Shown here: one piece after another, positions 9,854 through 20,342 of the stretch
Position numbering within the stretch: the first letter of the stretch is position 1
Layout: every line of letters starts with the position of its first letter
Origin: Bacteroidota bacterium
GTDB lineage: Bacteria; Bacteroidota; Bacteroidia; Flavobacteriales; Flavobacteriaceae
Reading direction: 5' to 3'
Assembly (NCBI GenBank): GCA_043738745.1
Contig: JAYUFL010000135.1
Span: forward strand, 796-64,795
DNA length: 64,000 bases
Notes under the pieces: model-generated
The model's input: only the letters and a program-made list of their open reading frames with translations
Told to the model about the DNA's origin: nothing
Databases searched by the model: none
Translations under genes and position numbers: made by a program

Positions 9854-11980
9854 ATGAAAAGAAAAAACCTCCAACATATAAAAATAGTCGAAAGTCAAAA
9901 GTTGAAAATTGAAAATAACGAAAATCAAAATTTTCAAACCGCAGAACAAATTGACTTAAAAAAAACGTACTCAAAACAAGACATCGAAAACCTCGAACAT
10001 CTTGATTTTGGGGCAGGATTTGCACCAAATTTGCGTGGCCCTTATGCTACAATGTATGTCCGCAGACCTTGGACCATTCGCCAATATGCAGGTTTTTCGA
10101 CAGCCGAAGAAAGCAATGCTTTTTATCGTAGAAATCTTGCAGCGGGACAAAAAGGATTGTCCATAGCATTCGATTTACCAACGCATCGTGGCTACGATTC
10201 GGATCACGAACGCGTAGTTGGCGATGTAGGAAAAGCAGGCGTTGCCATAGATTCTGTCGAAGATATGAAAGTATTGTTCGACCAAATTCCGCTCGACGAA
10301 ATGTCGGTTTCTATGACTATGAACGGAGCCGTTTTGCCCATTATGGCCTTTTATATTGTCGCTGCCGAAGAGCAAGGCGTGGCACCAGAATTGCTGTCGG
10401 GAACGATTCAAAACGACATTCTCAAGGAATTTATGGTTCGGAATACTTATATCTATCCGCCTACTCCATCCATGAAAATTATTGCTGATATTTTTGAATT
10501 CACGAGCAAAAAAATGCCGAAATTCAATTCCATATCCATTTCTGGTTATCACATGCAAGAAGCGGGAGCAACTGCCGATATTGAACTAGCATACACATTA
10601 GCCGATGGATTAGAATACATTAGAACTGGACTTTCTACTGGAATGAAAATAGATGAATTTGCTCCAAGATTGTCTTTTTTCTGGGCCATTGGCATGAATC
10701 ATTTTATGGAAATTGCCAAAATGCGAGCCGCCAGAATGATTTGGGCAAAATTGGTTAAACAATTCAATCCAAAAGATGATAAATCATTGGCACTCAGAAC
10801 GCACTGCCAAACATCGGGTTGGAGTTTGACCGAGCAAGATCCTTTTAACAATGTGGCACGAACAACTATCGAAGGTTTGGCAGCAGCATTAGGAGGAACG
10901 CAATCGCTACATACCAATGCTCTGGACGAAGCCATTGCTTTACCAACCGATTTTTCTGCGCGAATTGCTCGAAATACACAAATATTTTTGCAGGAAGAAA
11001 CCAAAATCACCAAAACGGTCGATCCTTGGGCTGGAAGTTTTTATATAGAAAGTTTAACCAACGAAATCGCCGAAAAAGCTTGGACATTAATACAAGAAGT
11101 TGAGGAACTGGGCGGAATGACCAAAGCCATTGAGGCTGGAATTCCAAAATTACGTATTGAGGAAGCGGCCGCACGAAAGCAAGCCAGAATCGATTCGGCG
11201 CAAGACATTATTGTTGGTGTAAACAAATACAGATTAGAAAAAGAAGATCCGTTGCACATTCTTGATGTTGATAATCAGATGGTTCGAAAACAACAATTGG
11301 AACAATTAGATAGAATCAAAACTTCTCGTGACAACGAAAAAGTTCAGAATTCACTCAAAAAATTAATAGAATGTGCTAAAACTGGCGAAGGAAATTTACT
11401 AGAAATTGCGGTCGAAGCAGCAAGAAACCGAACTACACTTGGCGAAATTTCGGATGCGTTGGAAAAAATTTTTGGAAGATATAAAGCACAAATTAAATCC
11501 TTTAGCGGCGTATATAGTAAAGAAATAAAAAGCGACATAAGTTTTGAAAAAGCCAAACAACTGGCTGACGAATTTGCCAAAAAAGAAGGACGACGACCAC
11601 GAATTATGATTGCCAAAATGGGACAAGATGGTCACGATCGTGGTGCAAAAGTAGTTGCCACGGGCTACGCCGATGTAGGTTTTGATGTAGATATTGGTCC
11701 ACTTTTTCAAACGCCAGCAGAAGCCGCTAAACAAGCTGTAGAAAACGATGTGCATATTTTGGGCGTTTCCTCATTGGCCGCTGGACACAAAACATTGGTT
11801 CCACAAGTTATCGAAGAACTCAAAAAATACAGTCGCCAAGACATTATGGTTATTGTTGGTGGCGTAATTCCTGCTCAAGATTATCAATTTTTATTCGATG
11901 CTGGAGCAGTTGCTGTTTTTGGGCCTGGAACTAAAATTAGTGAAGCTGCGATTAAAATTTTGGATGTTTTGATTGGGTAG
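9854..11980 (+). CDS. scpA: Methylmalonyl-CoA mutase large subunit
   Basis: [43 protein letters not shown]12-binding motif. Confidence 0.96.
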   Translation: MKRKNLQHIKIVESQKLKIENNENQNFQTAEQIDLKKTYSKQDIENLEHLDFGAGFAPNLRGPYATMYVRRPWTIRQYAGFSTAEESNAFYRRNLAAGQKGLSIAFDLPTHRGYDSDHERVVGDVGKAGVAIDSVEDMKVLFDQIPLDEMSVSMTMNGAVLPIMAFYIVAAEEQGVAPELLSGTIQNDILKEFMVRNTYIYPPTPSMKIIADIFEFTSKKMPKFNSISISGYHMQEAGATADIELAYTLADGLEYIRTGLSTGMKIDEFAPRLSFFWAIGMNHFMEIAKMRAARMIWAKLVKQFNPKDDKSLALRTHCQTSGWSLTEQDPFNNVARTTIEGLAAALGGTQSLHTNALDEAIALPTDFSARIARNTQIFLQEETKITKTVDPWAGSFYIESLTNEIAEKAWTLIQEVEELGGMTKAIEAGIPKLRIEEAAARKQARIDSAQDIIVGVNKYRLEKEDPLHILDVDNQMVRKQQLEQLDRIKTSRDNEKVQNSLKKLIECAKTGEGNLLEIAVEAARNRTTLGEISDALEKIFGRYKAQIKSFSGVYSKEIKSDISFEKAKQLADEFAKKEGRRPRIMIAKMGQDGHDRGAKVVATGYADVGFDVDIGPLFQTPAEAAKQAVENDVHILGVSSLAAGHKTLVPQVIEELKKYSRQDIMVIVGGVIPAQDYQFLFDAGAVAVFGPGTKISEAAIKILDVLIG

Positions 11981-12148
11981 TAATTTTCATAATTCATATA
12001 CCAATATTATTGGATGCACTAATTTATCGTGGAGACAAAGTTAGTATATACAATCTTTTGAATACATAGAAATCTGATACAACAAAAAAAGAAGACACTC
12101 GGCTCTAAATTATCAAAATATTGATCAATTTAACTATAAAAATATCGT

Positions 12149-12514
12149 TTAACTAAATCTCTGCTTTTTGTTTGCATATTCAGTTTTGGTTTTACCATTT
12201 ATGGTTTCAAAAATCAGATTATCCTTGAAAATATCGTAATTAATATTCAAATCATAATACGGTTGACCATCGTAACTAACATCTCCTTTTTCGAAAGACT
12301 TTGAAATTAAAAAACAGTTATCGTCTTTTTTTGTGTTATAAAAATCAATGTATAATAGTCCATTGTTTACATTTAGATTTTCTCGTCCAACCGATTCGTC
12401 GAAAAAATTATATAGAGAAACTTCCTTTTTAGTTTGAGAATTAACTTTTATAATGCCAACAAAAAGTGACATACAAATAACAATAAACTGAAAACGTAAT
12501 TTTTTATTAGCCAT
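12149..12514 (-). CDS. Hypothetical exported protein, possibly truncated
   Basis: Signal peptide; NNGLLY..., GDVSYDGQPYYDLNINYDIFKDNL resembles a Bacteroidota family I recall as longer than 121 aa. Confidence 0.5.
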   Translation of the reverse strand: MANKKLRFQFIVICMSLFVGIIKVNSQTKKEVSLYNFFDESVGRENLNVNNGLLYIDFYNTKKDDNCFLISKSFEKGDVSYDGQPYYDLNINYDIFKDNLIFETINGKTKTEYANKKQRFS

Positions 12515-12704
12515 TTTTAATTTTTAGAAAAGGTATTAGTGCAATATTACAACAATATCTTACAAAAAAATTGAAATTTATCCTGTTTTTTTGACTCTTT
12601 TTTAACTTATTAGTCACGAAAACAAAAAAATAAATAATTAAACACTCTTTTATGCTAGAGTAATTTAAAATTTTAACATTCATTAATTTATATTTACATA
12701 TAAA

Positions 12705-13988
12705 CTATATTTTATGAAACAAAATTTTTCTGAAATAAATAGTTAAAACCACCAAATACAAAAAATTATCTAATGCTTGCGCGATTACAACTCCTTGGAT
12801 TCCTAGTGTTTTTATAAAATAAATACTTGATATGTACAAAACTGCAAACGATAATATTTCAGAAATTATAAATGCTGTTGTTAATTTTTTTGCGAAAAAT
12901 TGATAGCCTAAAATTAACGAAGCGACCTTAAAAATATCGCCCAATAATTGCCAAAAAAAGAGATCGGTTACAGGCAAAAATTCCTTTGTGAAAAGAATTC
13001 TAATTATAAAAAAACGCAAAAAATAAACGGTCGTTACGCCTAGAATAAAAAGTGGTAAAATACTTTTGAAGTAAAGACTAAATACTCGTTTTGTTTCTCG
13101 AATATTTTGGGCAGTTGATAGTTTTGGAAAAAAATAAACAGATAATAAAGTGCCAATAAACATCATATAATAAGACGAAATTCGAGTTAATGTTTCTAAA
13201 AATCCTGCAGATTGCAATCCGAGATTTTCGATAACGTTTTTTCGAATTGCCAGAAAAACTAATGGTCCTAGAATTGACGAAATCAATGCCATTAGAGAAT
13301 AGGACGATAAGTTTTTGATGATTTTAAAATCGAAATAACGAAGTTTTAAATTTTCGAATAAATTAATTTTCTTGTTGAGAAAGAAAATAGTTACAAAAAA
13401 AAGTAATGATGGCGTGATAATAATTGACAATAAGGCTCCAAAAACGGAGTAATTCAAAATCAAAAATAATGAAACCAGAAGCCCAATTATATTTCCAATA
13501 ATATTAATGTAAACTACTTTTTTGAATTGACTAAATCCGTTTATAATTGCCAAAAAAACAATCGAAAATGCGTAAAAAGGAACGACAAAAGCCAAAATTT
13601 TAAAAATAATCGCATATTGAAAATGATTTCCGAAAATTTTGAAGTTCCAATAATCGGAAAAAAAGTATAGTATTCCACTCGACAAAATTGTTACTATAAA
13701 AAGACTAACAAAAACGGTTGTAATTATTTTCTGAATTTTAATTCTATTTTGTTCATTTTCAGCAATATATTTTACGATTCCGTTCTGAAAACCCAATGTA
13801 GAAACGCTTTCGATAGTTGCAATAAAATTTCTTAGATTACCAACCAAAGCCATTCCGTTTGGGCCAACAAAAAGAGCCAATAGTTTTGAGGTTACAAGTC
13901 CAATTCCGATTTTTACAACAATACTAAAACTATTCAAAGATGTGATCTTAAATAGATTAGTTTTGAATATGGTTTTTATAAATTTCAA
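12705..13988 (-). CDS. O-antigen translocase (Wzx/WzxE-like flippase)
   Basis: 427 aa, about 12 TM; GPNGMALVGNLRNF and FFWQLLGDIFKVAS motifs. Confidence 0.85.
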   Translation of the reverse strand: MKFIKTIFKTNLFKITSLNSFSIVVKIGIGLVTSKLLALFVGPNGMALVGNLRNFIATIESVSTLGFQNGIVKYIAENEQNRIKIQKIITTVFVSLFIVTILSSGILYFFSDYWNFKIFGNHFQYAIIFKILAFVVPFYAFSIVFLAIINGFSQFKKVVYINIIGNIIGLLVSLFLILNYSVFGALLSIIITPSLLFFVTIFFLNKKINLFENLKLRYFDFKIIKNLSSYSLMALISSILGPLVFLAIRKNVIENLGLQSAGFLETLTRISSYYMMFIGTLLSVYFFPKLSTAQNIRETKRVFSLYFKSILPLFILGVTTVYFLRFFIIRILFTKEFLPVTDLFFWQLLGDIFKVASLILGYQFFAKKLTTAFIISEILSFAVLYISSIYFIKTLGIQGVVIAQALDNFLYLVVLTIYFRKILFHKI

Positions 13989-14969
13989 TTATTTGGTTTT
14001 ATAACTTGTAATAAATGTATGATTTTTTGTTTCAATTTCGTAAAAATGTTGAACTACGGTGCTTGCTCCAAAACTTTCTTTCCAATAGGACAATCCTAAA
14101 TTGAGTTTTCGACCTTGTTCTTCGTTTGAGATTCCAAAATCGAAGTGTTTTTTATTTTTAAAAACTTGAGAAATTAAATAATGGTGTAAAAAATCTAAAC
14201 TTCCGTTTTCTGATTTGGTTTCATTTGCCGAAATATATTGTGAATGCGCTACATTTTCGCTTTCGAAAATAATTGTTCCCCCAACAATTTTATTGTTTTG
14301 ATAGACATTAAACTGACGAATGTTTTTTGGGAACAGTTCTTGCAATTTAGTTATCTCTTCTAACGAATGAACTGGTTTTACTTCGAATTTGGAATTCAAA
14401 TTAGGAATCAGAATCTCGTTCCAAAACAACTCGAAAGTAGTTTCTTCTCTTATTAATAATTTATTTTTTATACCTTTTTTCACTCCTTCCAATCTTCCTG
14501 ATGTAATTCTATTTTTTTTTGTTAAATCAATAACAGACAAACTATCACAACGGATTAATTTTGCATCTGCTAAAAACAGAGCATAATTGAGTTCTTCAGC
14601 TGGTTTTTTATGATAGATATGTGGAAGTACTTTTACAATTAATTTCACTATTTTATTGTTATTCAAAAACTTTAAAATTTCAGAAAAAATAGTTACAACG
14701 GTTTCGAGTTTTTGTTTTTCGTTGTAAACTAGGCCTCCATAAGTTAATCCTTGATGTGAATACACTACATTCGCATCGACATTTGCAGGCAAAACAGCAA
14801 TCCATTTTTCAGCATCTAAAACTATCAACGAAAAATCTTGGAATCGATTTGCATGATAATCCATAAAATTTCTGTCGAACAAAAAAGTTCCGTTTTTAGA
14901 TTGTGCTATAAAATCGTTCCATTGCTCGAAATCTTGGATTTCGTATTTTTTTATTCTATAGTTTTTCAC
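13989..14969 (-). CDS. GNAT/FemAB-like acyltransferase
   Basis: WNDFIAQSKNGTFLFDRNFMDYH, SHQGLTYGG, FDFGISNE, WKESFGA. Confidence 0.8.
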   Translation of the reverse strand: MKNYRIKKYEIQDFEQWNDFIAQSKNGTFLFDRNFMDYHANRFQDFSLIVLDAEKWIAVLPANVDANVVYSHQGLTYGGLVYNEKQKLETVVTIFSEILKFLNNNKIVKLIVKVLPHIYHKKPAEELNYALFLADAKLIRCDSLSVIDLTKKNRITSGRLEGVKKGIKNKLLIREETTFELFWNEILIPNLNSKFEVKPVHSLEEITKLQELFPKNIRQFNVYQNNKIVGGTIIFESENVAHSQYISANETKSENGSLDFLHHYLISQVFKNKKHFDFGISNEEQGRKLNLGLSYWKESFGASTVVQHFYEIETKNHTFITSYKTK

Positions 14970-15084
14970 ATCATTTTTTTTGATTTTGGAAAATTAAACA
15001 ATTATTTCAAGAAAAATTACTTTTATAAAAAATTAGATTTTTAAAATTAAATGACTAATTTTAAACTTATTATAAAATCATTAT

Positions 15085-16899
15085 TTGGAAATAAAACTAA
15101 AATATTACTTTTTACTCAATTGTTTTTTGATAAATTTTGCTTTTTTTGCGCAAAATGTAACCTTGTACAATCAATTTAACGGTCGGTATGATTTTACTTT
15201 TATAGGAAATACAATGAATCCAGAAGAAGATTCATTCATGCTTATACCAGCTATTTTCACGAGTTCGAGTGCTGTTTTGAACCTTGACCCTAGTAATGTA
15301 GTAAAAAAAGCTTATTTGTATTGGTCTGGCTGTGGAACTGGCGATTTTGATGTGAAACTAAACGGAACAGATATAACCCCAGATCGAACTTTTAGTTTAA
15401 TTCAACCTGTTAGTAATTTGCCTTTTTTTAGTGCATATAAAGATGTAACAACTCAAATTTTAGCAACTGGAAACGGAACTTATACACTTTCTGATTTTGA
15501 TTTAACAAGTTTGATTAATACTTACGCAAATAATGCTACTAATTATGCTGGTTGGGCAATTCTAATTGTTTATGAAAATTCGAGTTTGCAATTAAATCAA
15601 CTAAATGTTTATGATGGTTTGCAAAACATACCTATTGATAAAGATGGGATATTGGGCACTGGTCTAAATATTACACTAAATAGTATCAATGTAATTGACA
15701 ATGTTGGAGCAAAAATTGGCTTTTTAGCATGGGAAGGCGATGTGGATTTGAATAATAACGAAAAATTGAAATTTAATGGAAACACTTTAACTAATTCATT
15801 AAATCCTCCAACAAATGCCTTTAATGGAACAAATACATTTACTAATTCGGCGACCTTATTCAATATGGATATAGATGTGTACGACATTCAAAACAACATT
15901 AATATTGGGGATACCACAGCTCAAATTCAATTAACTTCTGGTCAGGATTTTGTGATGATAAATACAATCGTAACCAAACTCAACAGCCAATTACCCGATG
16001 CTACAATTGCAATAAACAACTATTCACAGTCTTGTAATTCTCGTCAGGTTATTGTCAATTATACCGTTTCAAATACCAATAGCACTGCGCTTTTACCAGC
16101 AGGAACTCCAATTGCCATTTATGCAAATAATGTGTTGATCGGAAGCGCAACTACTAACGTAATTTTACAAATTGGAGAAAGTTTTTCGGGGCAAATTACA
16201 TTAACTATTCCAAGTTCAATTCCACTAAATTTTGTGTTAAAATTTGTTGTAGACGATAATGGAACTGGAATAGGAGTTGTTACCGAAACTAACGAATTGA
16301 ACAATACTGCAAATCAAAACATATTACTTTGGATTTCGCCAACTTTCAATGTCTTAAATCCTTTGAGTATTTGTCAATTAGATCCATTAGGAACAGTTTT
16401 TGATTTTTCGACTTACGAAGATAGCATCAAAACAAATCCTACTGATGTGGTTTCGTTTCACGAAAGTTTGCTCGATGCACAAAACAATGTAAATCCAATC
16501 ACAAACACTACAAATTATATTGCAACGACAACTCCAAAAGAAATTTTTGTTCGAATCAAAAATGTAAATTGTGAGAGTTTTTCATCTTTTCTATTAATTA
16601 CAAAAAACTGTCGATCAACAATTTACAACGGAATTAGTCCAAATGGTGACGGTTTGAACGATACTTTTTTAATAAATCGAGATGCTTATCCGAATTTTGA
16701 ATTAGATATTTACAATCGTTGGGGTTACTTGGTTTGGAAAGGCGATAACACACAAAACGATTGGGACGGAAGTTCGAATCAAGGAATTGTTTTGTTTGGA
16801 AATCAATTACCAGATGGCATTTATTATTATATTTTTAAACCTAATACTAATTCAAAAAATCCAAACACAATAGCAAGTTATTTGTATTTATCGCATTAG
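15085..16899 (+). CDS. T9SS type B (gliding motility-associated C-terminal domain) protein
   Basis: TTG start, signal peptide, CARDB-like VVDD...ETNELNN, C-terminal YNGISPNGDGLND...IYNRWG...GIYYY...YLYLSH. Confidence 0.85.
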   Translation: MEIKLKYYFLLNCFLINFAFFAQNVTLYNQFNGRYDFTFIGNTMNPEEDSFMLIPAIFTSSSAVLNLDPSNVVKKAYLYWSGCGTGDFDVKLNGTDITPDRTFSLIQPVSNLPFFSAYKDVTTQILATGNGTYTLSDFDLTSLINTYANNATNYAGWAILIVYENSSLQLNQLNVYDGLQNIPIDKDGILGTGLNITLNSINVIDNVGAKIGFLAWEGDVDLNNNEKLKFNGNTLTNSLNPPTNAFNGTNTFTNSATLFNMDIDVYDIQNNINIGDTTAQIQLTSGQDFVMINTIVTKLNSQLPDATIAINNYSQSCNSRQVIVNYTVSNTNSTALLPAGTPIAIYANNVLIGSATTNVILQIGESFSGQITLTIPSSIPLNFVLKFVVDDNGTGIGVVTETNELNNTANQNILLWISPTFNVLNPLSICQLDPLGTVFDFSTYEDSIKTNPTDVVSFHESLLDAQNNVNPITNTTNYIATTTPKEIFVRIKNVNCESFSSFLLITKNCRSTIYNGISPNGDGLNDTFLINRDAYPNFELDIYNRWGYLVWKGDNTQNDWDGSSNQGIVLFGNQLPDGIYYYIFKPNTNSKNPNTIASYLYLSH

Positions 16900-16902
16900 A
16901 GT

Positions 16903-17646
16903 TTACATATTTTGAGTATAAAAATTGTAATCTTTTAGAATAGTTTTTATAAAATCCGATTCGTTACCCGATTGGTTTTTAATTCCTGTAACTTTTTCGA
17001 TTTTATGCTGAAGTTTTACAATTGTTTCTAAATCTTTTTTGGCTTTTGCTTGATTAAAAGTTTCTTTTATAATACGTAAATCGTTGTCCGAAAGTTTAAT
17101 AACCAAAGGATATGTTGGTACGTAAGCATCACCAATATTTTCGATAATCGTATTATTTATTGAGATATTGTTTTTTAAAGTAATAATCGCTGTTCCTGCA
17201 GCCATGTCGCCCAATCGTTGTACTTTTTTGCTGGTTGCCATAGCAATTAGTCCTATGAGTCCACCCATCATGTTGTTTTCGACCAAGCGAAATAACCATC
17301 GAATTAGATAATCTCCAAAACCCGCCTGATAGCCATCGATTTTGACTACTTTAATTCGAATAAGTTTTTTTCCGATAGTTTGCCCTTCAAAAATGCTTTC
17401 TAAAACAACCGAATATACAAAAATAGGAAGCAAAAAAATAGCCACAATAGCCATTGCTGACCATTGATTCATGGTTTCTAGTTTTTGAGTAAGTCCAAAA
17501 GCATAGAAAAAAACATAAAAAACAACAATTGAATAGGCAATTTTTATTAACAAATCTAGCAAACTTGCCAGCATTCGCTCGCCTACAGAAGCGGCTGTGA
17601 AATTTATATTCACATTTTGTGTTGTATTGATGGTTAATTCTGACAT
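16903..17646 (-). CDS. RDD family protein
   Basis: ASVGERMLASLLD, GQTIGKK, QRLGDMAAGT. Confidence 0.88.
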   Translation of the reverse strand: MSELTINTTQNVNINFTAASVGERMLASLLDLLIKIAYSIVVFYVFFYAFGLTQKLETMNQWSAMAIVAIFLLPIFVYSVVLESIFEGQTIGKKLIRIKVVKIDGYQAGFGDYLIRWLFRLVENNMMGGLIGLIAMATSKKVQRLGDMAAGTAIITLKNNISINNTIIENIGDAYVPTYPLVIKLSDNDLRIIKETFNQAKAKKDLETIVKLQHKIEKVTGIKNQSGNESDFIKTILKDYNFYTQNM

Positions 17647-17666
17647 ATTTTATATTTTAGCCCCCG

Positions 17667-18632
17667 ATGAGAGAAATTGCGTTCATAAAACAAAATAAAG
17701 AAAAATGGCTTGAGTTCGAACAAGCAATTTTTAGCAAATCTAAAAAAAATCCTGATGAAATGGCACATTTGTACATTCAATTAGTGAACGATTTGTCGTA
17801 TGCGCAAACTTATTATTCCAAAAGCAAAACAGTTGTATACCTTAACTATTTGGCTTCGCAAATTTATCAAAAAATTTATAAAACCAAGCGAACGGAATCG
17901 AATCGATTGATTTATTTTTTTAGAACTGAAGTTCCGTTACTCGTTTACGAATATCGAAGATATATTTTGTATGCTTTTGTGATGTTTTTTGCAACGGTTG
18001 CTGTCGGTGCAGTTTCGGCAAAATTTGATGTAGATTTTGTACGTTTAATTCTGGGCGACGGCTATGTTAACGAGACTTTAGAAAACATAAAAGCGGGTAA
18101 TCCAACGGCAATTTACAAATCTGGAAGCAATTGGGGAAGTTTTGTTGGCATTACGCTCAATAATTTATATGTTGGTATGACATGCTATATTTTTGGAGTT
18201 TTTGCAGGAATTGGAACTTTTTATTTTGCCTTGCAAAACGCAATTATGCTTGGTGCTTTTCAATATTTTTTTTATGATCAGGGAGTTTTTTGGAAAAGTG
18301 TTCGTGGCATTTGGATTCATGGTTCTATGGAGATTTTTGGAATTGTAATCGAAACTGCAGCAGGATTTATACTTGGAGCATCAATATTGTTTCCGAAAAC
18401 TTTTTCGAGAATGAATTCATTTAAAATTGGGTTCAAAAATAGTTTTAAAATTTTTTTAAGTACGTTTCCTTTTACCATTGCAGCAGGCTTTCTAGAAGGT
18501 TTTATTACACGATATTCGATTGATATGCCCAATTGGTTGAGTAGTTTTATTATACTTTCGACTTTATCAATAATTTCTTTTTATTATTTGATTTATCCTT
18601 ATATTGTACACAAAAATAATAATAAAATATAA
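17667..18632 (+). CDS. Stage II sporulation protein M (DUF95) family membrane protein
   Basis: MREIAFIKQNKEKW, DLSYAQTYY, IWIHGSMEI, AGFLEGFITR. Confidence 0.85.
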   Translation: MREIAFIKQNKEKWLEFEQAIFSKSKKNPDEMAHLYIQLVNDLSYAQTYYSKSKTVVYLNYLASQIYQKIYKTKRTESNRLIYFFRTEVPLLVYEYRRYILYAFVMFFATVAVGAVSAKFDVDFVRLILGDGYVNETLENIKAGNPTAIYKSGSNWGSFVGITLNNLYVGMTCYIFGVFAGIGTFYFALQNAIMLGAFQYFFYDQGVFWKSVRGIWIHGSMEIFGIVIETAAGFILGASILFPKTFSRMNSFKIGFKNSFKIFLSTFPFTIAAGFLEGFITRYSIDMPNWLSSFIILSTLSIISFYYLIYPYIVHKNNNKI

Positions 18633-19588
18633 TGTTCGAACTTTACAAAAAACGCGATTTTAACGCCTATTTTTCTGATACAATTGATTTTTTTAAGCGT
18701 TTTGGAAAACATTATTTCAAAAATTATTTTATCATTAACGGTATTTTTTTAATGATTTTAGTTGTTTTGATTTATTTTATTTCTAAAGTCTACATGGAAG
18801 TTATTTTTTCGTCGTTGCATTCTAACAATCCAAACCCTAATTTTATAGAAAACTATTTCAACAACAATATTGCTTTGTGTTTAATTTTCTTTGGTTTTTT
18901 TGTGTTGGTTTCGATTTTTCTATCGTTGTTAGGCATCACTTATCCGATAGTTTATCTTCAATTACTCGATGATTACAAAAATAATGATTTTACAACCAGC
19001 GAAATAATTGATAGAATAAAACACAATATTGGTCGATTATTTTTGTTTTTTATTGGTACTGTTTTTATCATAATTCCAATTGCACTAATTACATTTACAG
19101 TATTAATTTTGTTGTGTTTTGTATTGATAGGAATTCCTTTGCTGATAATTAGTATTCCATTTTTTATGTCGTGGGTTTCACAAAGTTATTTTGCATTTGT
19201 AGTGGAACGAAAATCTTTTTTTAGTTGCTTAACGTCTAGTTTTAAATCTATTAAACAAAAATTTTGGATTGTAGTGGGTACTACATTATTTATGCAGTTT
19301 GCGATTCAAACCATACAAGGTTCAATTACCATGGTGGTTTATCTTGCTGGAATTGCTGTTGTAATGGTTTCGAGTCATAATTTTGCAGACACAAGTGCAT
19401 TTACGGAAAATCCGACAATTGTTGCTATTTGTGTTACTTTAGTATTTGTTCTATTGGTTTTGATGAGTTATATTTTAAACAATATTCTAATTGTAAACCA
19501 AGGAATTATGTATTATAGTTTGCTCGAGGAAAACGAAAATCGTTCCACAAAAAGTCAAATCGATCTAATAGGAAATGAAATTGAATAA
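18632..19588 (+). CDS. Hypothetical polytopic membrane protein
   Basis: Several TM segments; KKRDF start and IDLIG end; TAATG-coupled to SpoIIM gene. Confidence 0.7.
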   Translation: MFELYKKRDFNAYFSDTIDFFKRFGKHYFKNYFIINGIFLMILVVLIYFISKVYMEVIFSSLHSNNPNPNFIENYFNNNIALCLIFFGFFVLVSIFLSLLGITYPIVYLQLLDDYKNNDFTTSEIIDRIKHNIGRLFLFFIGTVFIIIPIALITFTVLILLCFVLIGIPLLIISIPFFMSWVSQSYFAFVVERKSFFSCLTSSFKSIKQKFWIVVGTTLFMQFAIQTIQGSITMVVYLAGIAVVMVSSHNFADTSAFTENPTIVAICVTLVFVLLVLMSYILNNILIVNQGIMYYSLLEENENRSTKSQIDLIGNEIE

Positions 19589-20342
19589 ATTAGTATTTTT
19601 GTTTTTAATGTTATTTTGTTCCCATCTCGGAGCGCAAGATTCTTTGACTAAAACTAAAAAAGACAAAGTAACTTTTTCCGAAAAAGATATTCGTGTTGAT
19701 TCGGATTCTATCGAATTAAAAACTTTTTCTAAAAATTTTAAACAAAAATATACTAATGTTGCTTTTGTTTATGAAGTCAAAACACCCGAAAAAAACACTT
19801 GGGATCGATTTAAGGAATGGTTAGCCAATATTTTTAAAAATTTATTTAGTTTTAGTAACAACAAAACCTCGATGAATTTTGTAGAAATTCTTTTAAAAAT
19901 CCTTGCCATTGCCGTAGTTATATTTGTAATTTATCTCATTACAAAATCAATATTAAACAAAGAAGCTTCTTGGATTTTTGGAAAAAATTCAGACAAAAAA
20001 ATTATTAACTACAACGAAATCGAAAAAAACATACATTCCGTCGATTTCGAAAAACTCATTCAAAGCACGCTCAAATCTGGCGAAAATCGTTTGACAATTC
20101 GGTATTATTATCTTTGGTTATTAAAAAAGATGACTGCAAAACAAATTATTGTTTGGGATATCGAAAAAACAAATACAGATTATTTATACGAAATTCAAAA
20201 CGAATCTCAAAAAACCGAATTTGCTTATTTGTCCTATCTGTACAACTATATTTGGTACGGCGAAGTCGAACTCGACGAAGCAACTTTTGAAAAAGCAAAA
20301 ATTGCTTTCCAAAAATCTATAAAATCTTTAGGCAATGGATAG
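19575..20342 (+). CDS. DUF4129 domain protein
   Basis: IRYYYLWLLKK...WDIEKTNTDY and YNYIWYGE motifs. Confidence 0.8.
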   Translation: MKLNKLVFLFLMLFCSHLGAQDSLTKTKKDKVTFSEKDIRVDSDSIELKTFSKNFKQKYTNVAFVYEVKTPEKNTWDRFKEWLANIFKNLFSFSNNKTSMNFVEILLKILAIAVVIFVIYLITKSILNKEASWIFGKNSDKKIINYNEIEKNIHSVDFEKLIQSTLKSGENRLTIRYYYLWLLKKMTAKQIIVWDIEKTNTDYLYEIQNESQKTEFAYLSYLYNYIWYGEVELDEATFEKAKIAFQKSIKSLGNG

